The notes beneath the pieces are model-generated. The model was not told the DNA's origin. It did no database searches and was given only the letters and a program-made list of their open reading frames with translations. Made by a program: the position numbers and the translations under genes. Shown here piece after piece: positions 60,368-64,000 of a stretch of 64,000 nt of DNA. Position 1 is the stretch's first letter, and each line of letters opens with the position of its first letter. This DNA comes from Lama guanicoe (lineage: Eukaryota): the NCBI GenBank assembly GCA_013239625.1, contig MU056050.1:4401115-4465114 (forward strand), given 5' to 3'.

Positions 60368-60720
60368 CAAAGGTGGGGATTGGAGGAGAGGGAATTGGAT
60401 GAAGGTGATCAAAAGGTACAAAATTTGAGCTATAAGATCAATAAATTCTACGAGGGATGTTATGTACAACATGACGACTGTAGCTAGCACTGCTGTATGG
60501 TATCTTTGAAAGCTGTTAAGACAGTAAATCCTAAGAGTTCTCATGACAAGGAAAAATACATTTTTTCTTCTTTTTGTGTCCATATGAGATGGTGGATGTT
60601 AACTAGACTTATTGTAGTGATCATTTAAATATATATATATATAAGTCAAAACATTATGCTGTACACCTTAAACTTATCCAGTGCTGTATGTCAATTATAT
60701 CTCAATAAACCGAGGGAGAA
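60368..60720 (+). mobile_element. L1 3' UTR with a 16-bp TSD
   Basis: TSD aagaaatccacatttt at 60352-60367 and 60721-60736. Confidence 0.9.
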
Positions 60721-62241
60721 AAGAAATCCACATTTTGGTTTTCTATATCTGTCTAGTAAAAGCTGAATGAAATATCTCTCCCAGTGAGGGAACCAAAAAA
60801 CAAAATCAAATAGAAATCTTCCCCTTTGGGTTTCTATGCTCTTATCTTAAAATGGTAAACTCTCATCTAGTCTGCTTATTCTTCTGAGGGTTTTATTTCC
60901 AGTTATTTTGTTATTTTACCAATCATAGGGATAAGTTGCTCTAAACTAGTGGTTTCCAACTTTGTAAACTTTATAGAAACAAATCTCAGGGACATTTTAT
61001 AGAAATAAAATCGTATAAGTATAATATGTTCAACAGGTAAAAGCAAATCTTTTCAGGAGGTGTCACTTTCTGCTTTAATTTTCCCCCTTGAGAACACTCT
61101 GTATAACCCTAGGTTTTCCTGAGCACAGTTTGACAAATATTGCTTTAAACCATGAACATCTTCTCACCCCATTCCTTTTAAAATCAATAGCACACATTTT
61201 CCAGGAGGTTGACATAAATTATGTTTAGAGAACCAGCCTTTGAATATAGTGTGTGTGAATCCAAGCTACATGGTTCAAAGATGGGACAAATTGCCTTGGT
61301 CCCATTAATACCTTCCTCAGTTCCATTCAATTCAATTCAAAAGTGTTTTATTGGATGCAGGCATGCTCAACAAACTGTGAGATGGTAAGAAAAATAGGGA
61401 TAAATTAGACAAGGTCTGTCTTCAAAGAAAGTATCATGTTCTGAACAGCTAAATACATGATTACGTAGCTTAATTATAAAGTATGGATAATCTAGATAGT
61501 CAGCCATTCAACAAATATTCACTGAGGCCTAGAATATTAGAGAAAATATACTGTGTGAGGCGGGGAATGAAAGGATGGAAAATTAAATAAGTGCATTTTC
61601 ATCCTCAAAGAACCCATATCAAGGAAGAGAGAGTTAAAAACCTATACCTTCATGCTGATTCACACCTTAGGTAATTGCTATTATTGTGTAAAATAAAAGG
61701 ATACTGTTCTGTATACGTGTGGCTCATAGCATTGGCATTGTTTAATCTTATGCTCTGGAAGCATCAATAGCCTGTTATTGCAGTTTGCTTTGCACTGTTA
61801 GTAGTGGAGTAGTGATTATTAATTTTTTTATATCTGTGGAAAATTGGAATAGCATAAAACCTATAATTTAAGATTCTGCTGTTGACTTATTGTATTAATG
61901 GCCCAAATTTAATGAGTAGAGTTAACACTTCCATTGATCAGTTGTCACATTTCAGCTATGTGTCTCCCAGGAATCAAAATAAACAAGACAATCCACTGAG
62001 CACTGAAAATAGTTCATGAACTTGATCCAAACACCTCCTTCAAGCCATCATGGAAGAGCCAATTGACTTAGCATTATTTTTAAAAGTATGTTTGCTGATG
62101 TAGTGATTTTTGTTAACTGCTTTATTACAGCTGTTACCATAATATATATAAAGCTGCAGTTAAGGAGAAGGTATCTTAGAAGAGGTTGATAGACTGAGCA
62201 GTGACAAGGGAGAAGACAGAGACAGTAGAATCAACAACTTC

Positions 62242-62610
62242 CTTAACTCAGACAAAGAAAGACAAATATCATATATCACTTATATGTGGAATCTAAAAAA
62301 ATTGTACAAATCTTATTTACACCTCTGAAATAGACTCACGGACATAGGAAACAAACTATGGTTATCAAAGGGGAAAGGGCAGGGGAGGGATAAATTAGGA
62401 GTTTGGGATTAACAGAATCATATTACTATATATAAATTAGATAAACAACAAAGACCTACTGTAGAGAACAGGGAACTGAATTCAATTTCTCATAATAACA
62501 TATAATGGAAAAGAATTTGAAATATATATATTTATATGTATAACTGAATCGCTTTGCTGCACACTTGAAACTAACATTGTAAATCAACTACACATCAATA
62601 AAAAAAAAAA
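62242..62610 (+). mobile_element. L1 3' end with poly(A) and a 15-bp TSD
   Basis: TSD agaatcaacaacttc at 62227-62241 and 62611-62625. Confidence 0.92.
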
Positions 62611-64000
62611 AGAATCAACAACTTCTTATGTAACAGCAAACATTCCTCAGCAGCTAAGTAACTCCAGAGAGGCATAAAGGAACAACGACAAATAAAAAGC
62701 ATAAAAATTGAAACCCATACAGTTGATCTTCCTCTTACAGGAGTAGATCCTTAACCCAAATAGAGCACTAGATGATGGCACATATTAGTATGTAGAGGAA
62801 AAGTTTGAAAGGGAAATCAGAGTCCCTTATCTACTGGGTTGGCCTTCTCCTCCAATCCTCCCAACTCACCTGGCGAAAAGCAGGTTCACTGGGACTTGAC
62901 TAGGCACTTCAAAGAATCTCCAACTCCTCTGCTGCATCTTTCAGAATGAAGAACATCTGCCAGTTGCAGCTAACATTAAGATTTAATTGAGGATGAAAAT
63001 AGGAGGATGTTTAAGTGTGTGGTTTGACAAATTGTTATCCAATAATGTGAGGGAATAAAGTGTTCTGAGGAATCAAAAATCTACTTAGTAGATATTTATC
63101 ATAGACTGTACATATATCACTATTATTCATAAAATTACAATCTAAATAAAATAGATTTCATACAGACTGTGTGTGCTAGGCATAATGTAATCTTTCCTTG
63201 TTGATGGAGGAAAACACTTCAGTATCATGTACATCTTTTTGGCTATAATTATGAATATAACTTCTTCCAGCAAATAGAGAATTCCAGTTGGATTTTCTCT
63301 ATTTTTTTTGATTTTCTCTATTTAGACAATTTTATTTGGTTTATGAGACATAGTCAAATGAATAGGAACAAAATTTATTGAGCATCATCCATCATAATTT
63401 GTCATCTGAATACTGGGTTTCTGTCCTCATGGCTACGAAACAATGAAAAGATAATTTATATCAAAATGAATAGGTATATATGTATTCCTTTCTGAATTAA
63501 GGTTTGTCTGTGCTTTTCATCATTTATATTTAATTCTAAAATATTGTAATAATAATGTATTTTCATTCTACTATTGACCTCATACACAAGGAGACAGTTT
63601 GCCAGTATTACGATTCACTATGCATAAAACTCAGAAGGCTGTTGTAAAATCTTTAAATCACAAATCATCATGGATAAAAATGAATAGTAGAACCAAAATG
63701 CAAGGTTATAAAAACTACTATCAAGAAGTAAATGTCATGAAAATATAAATTATTTTTCACTGAGCAGGGTAACAACACGAATAAGAGAACATATAATAAA
63801 TAACTTGTTATGATAAATTCAGCACAGTAAAACAATTCATTGAAAACTTGTGATAAAATATTCAGTGTACAACATACATAAATATACCTTAGAACTGTTT
63901 AAAAGGCCCCTTTACTTTAACAGCAAGTCACGTAAATTGTCAACAGTGATTTAAATAACTATGAGGAAAACTGAGTCTGATACTTACCCTTTATCATTAT

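Overview
Mammalian, AT-rich, L1-dense genomic DNA. It is most likely camelid (a Vic-1-like tRNA-derived SINE, cetartiodactyl-type L1 3' ends, no Bov-A/PRE-1/Alu seen) and, by gene identity, probably X-linked. The only supportable protein-coding genes are two intronless, GC-rich, minus-strand tandem copies of a DCAF12L2/DCAF12L1-type WD40 CRL4 substrate receptor, 6879 bp apart. Copy A is 17916-19310 (464 aa) and copy B is 24795-26192 (465 aa). The most notable structure is layered identity between the copies. About 1.19 kb of WD40-coding core differs by one synonymous base, the N-terminal/UTR shoulders differ by a few percent, and beyond a sharp boundary (17761/24631) the 3' UTRs are only distantly homologous. 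This points to an old duplication kept alike by recent gene conversion. Copy A also lacks the CpG-island promoter of copy B: its 5' UTR is fused, with no target-site duplication, to a truncated L1 135 nt upstream of the ATG, and the junction creates a new uORF. The rest is L1/L2/MIR, MaLR/ERV LTRs, DNA-transposon MITEs and one SINE-L1 chimera inside a single TSD pair. All alignments and repeat family calls were made by eye; repeat boundaries without TSDs are approximate.
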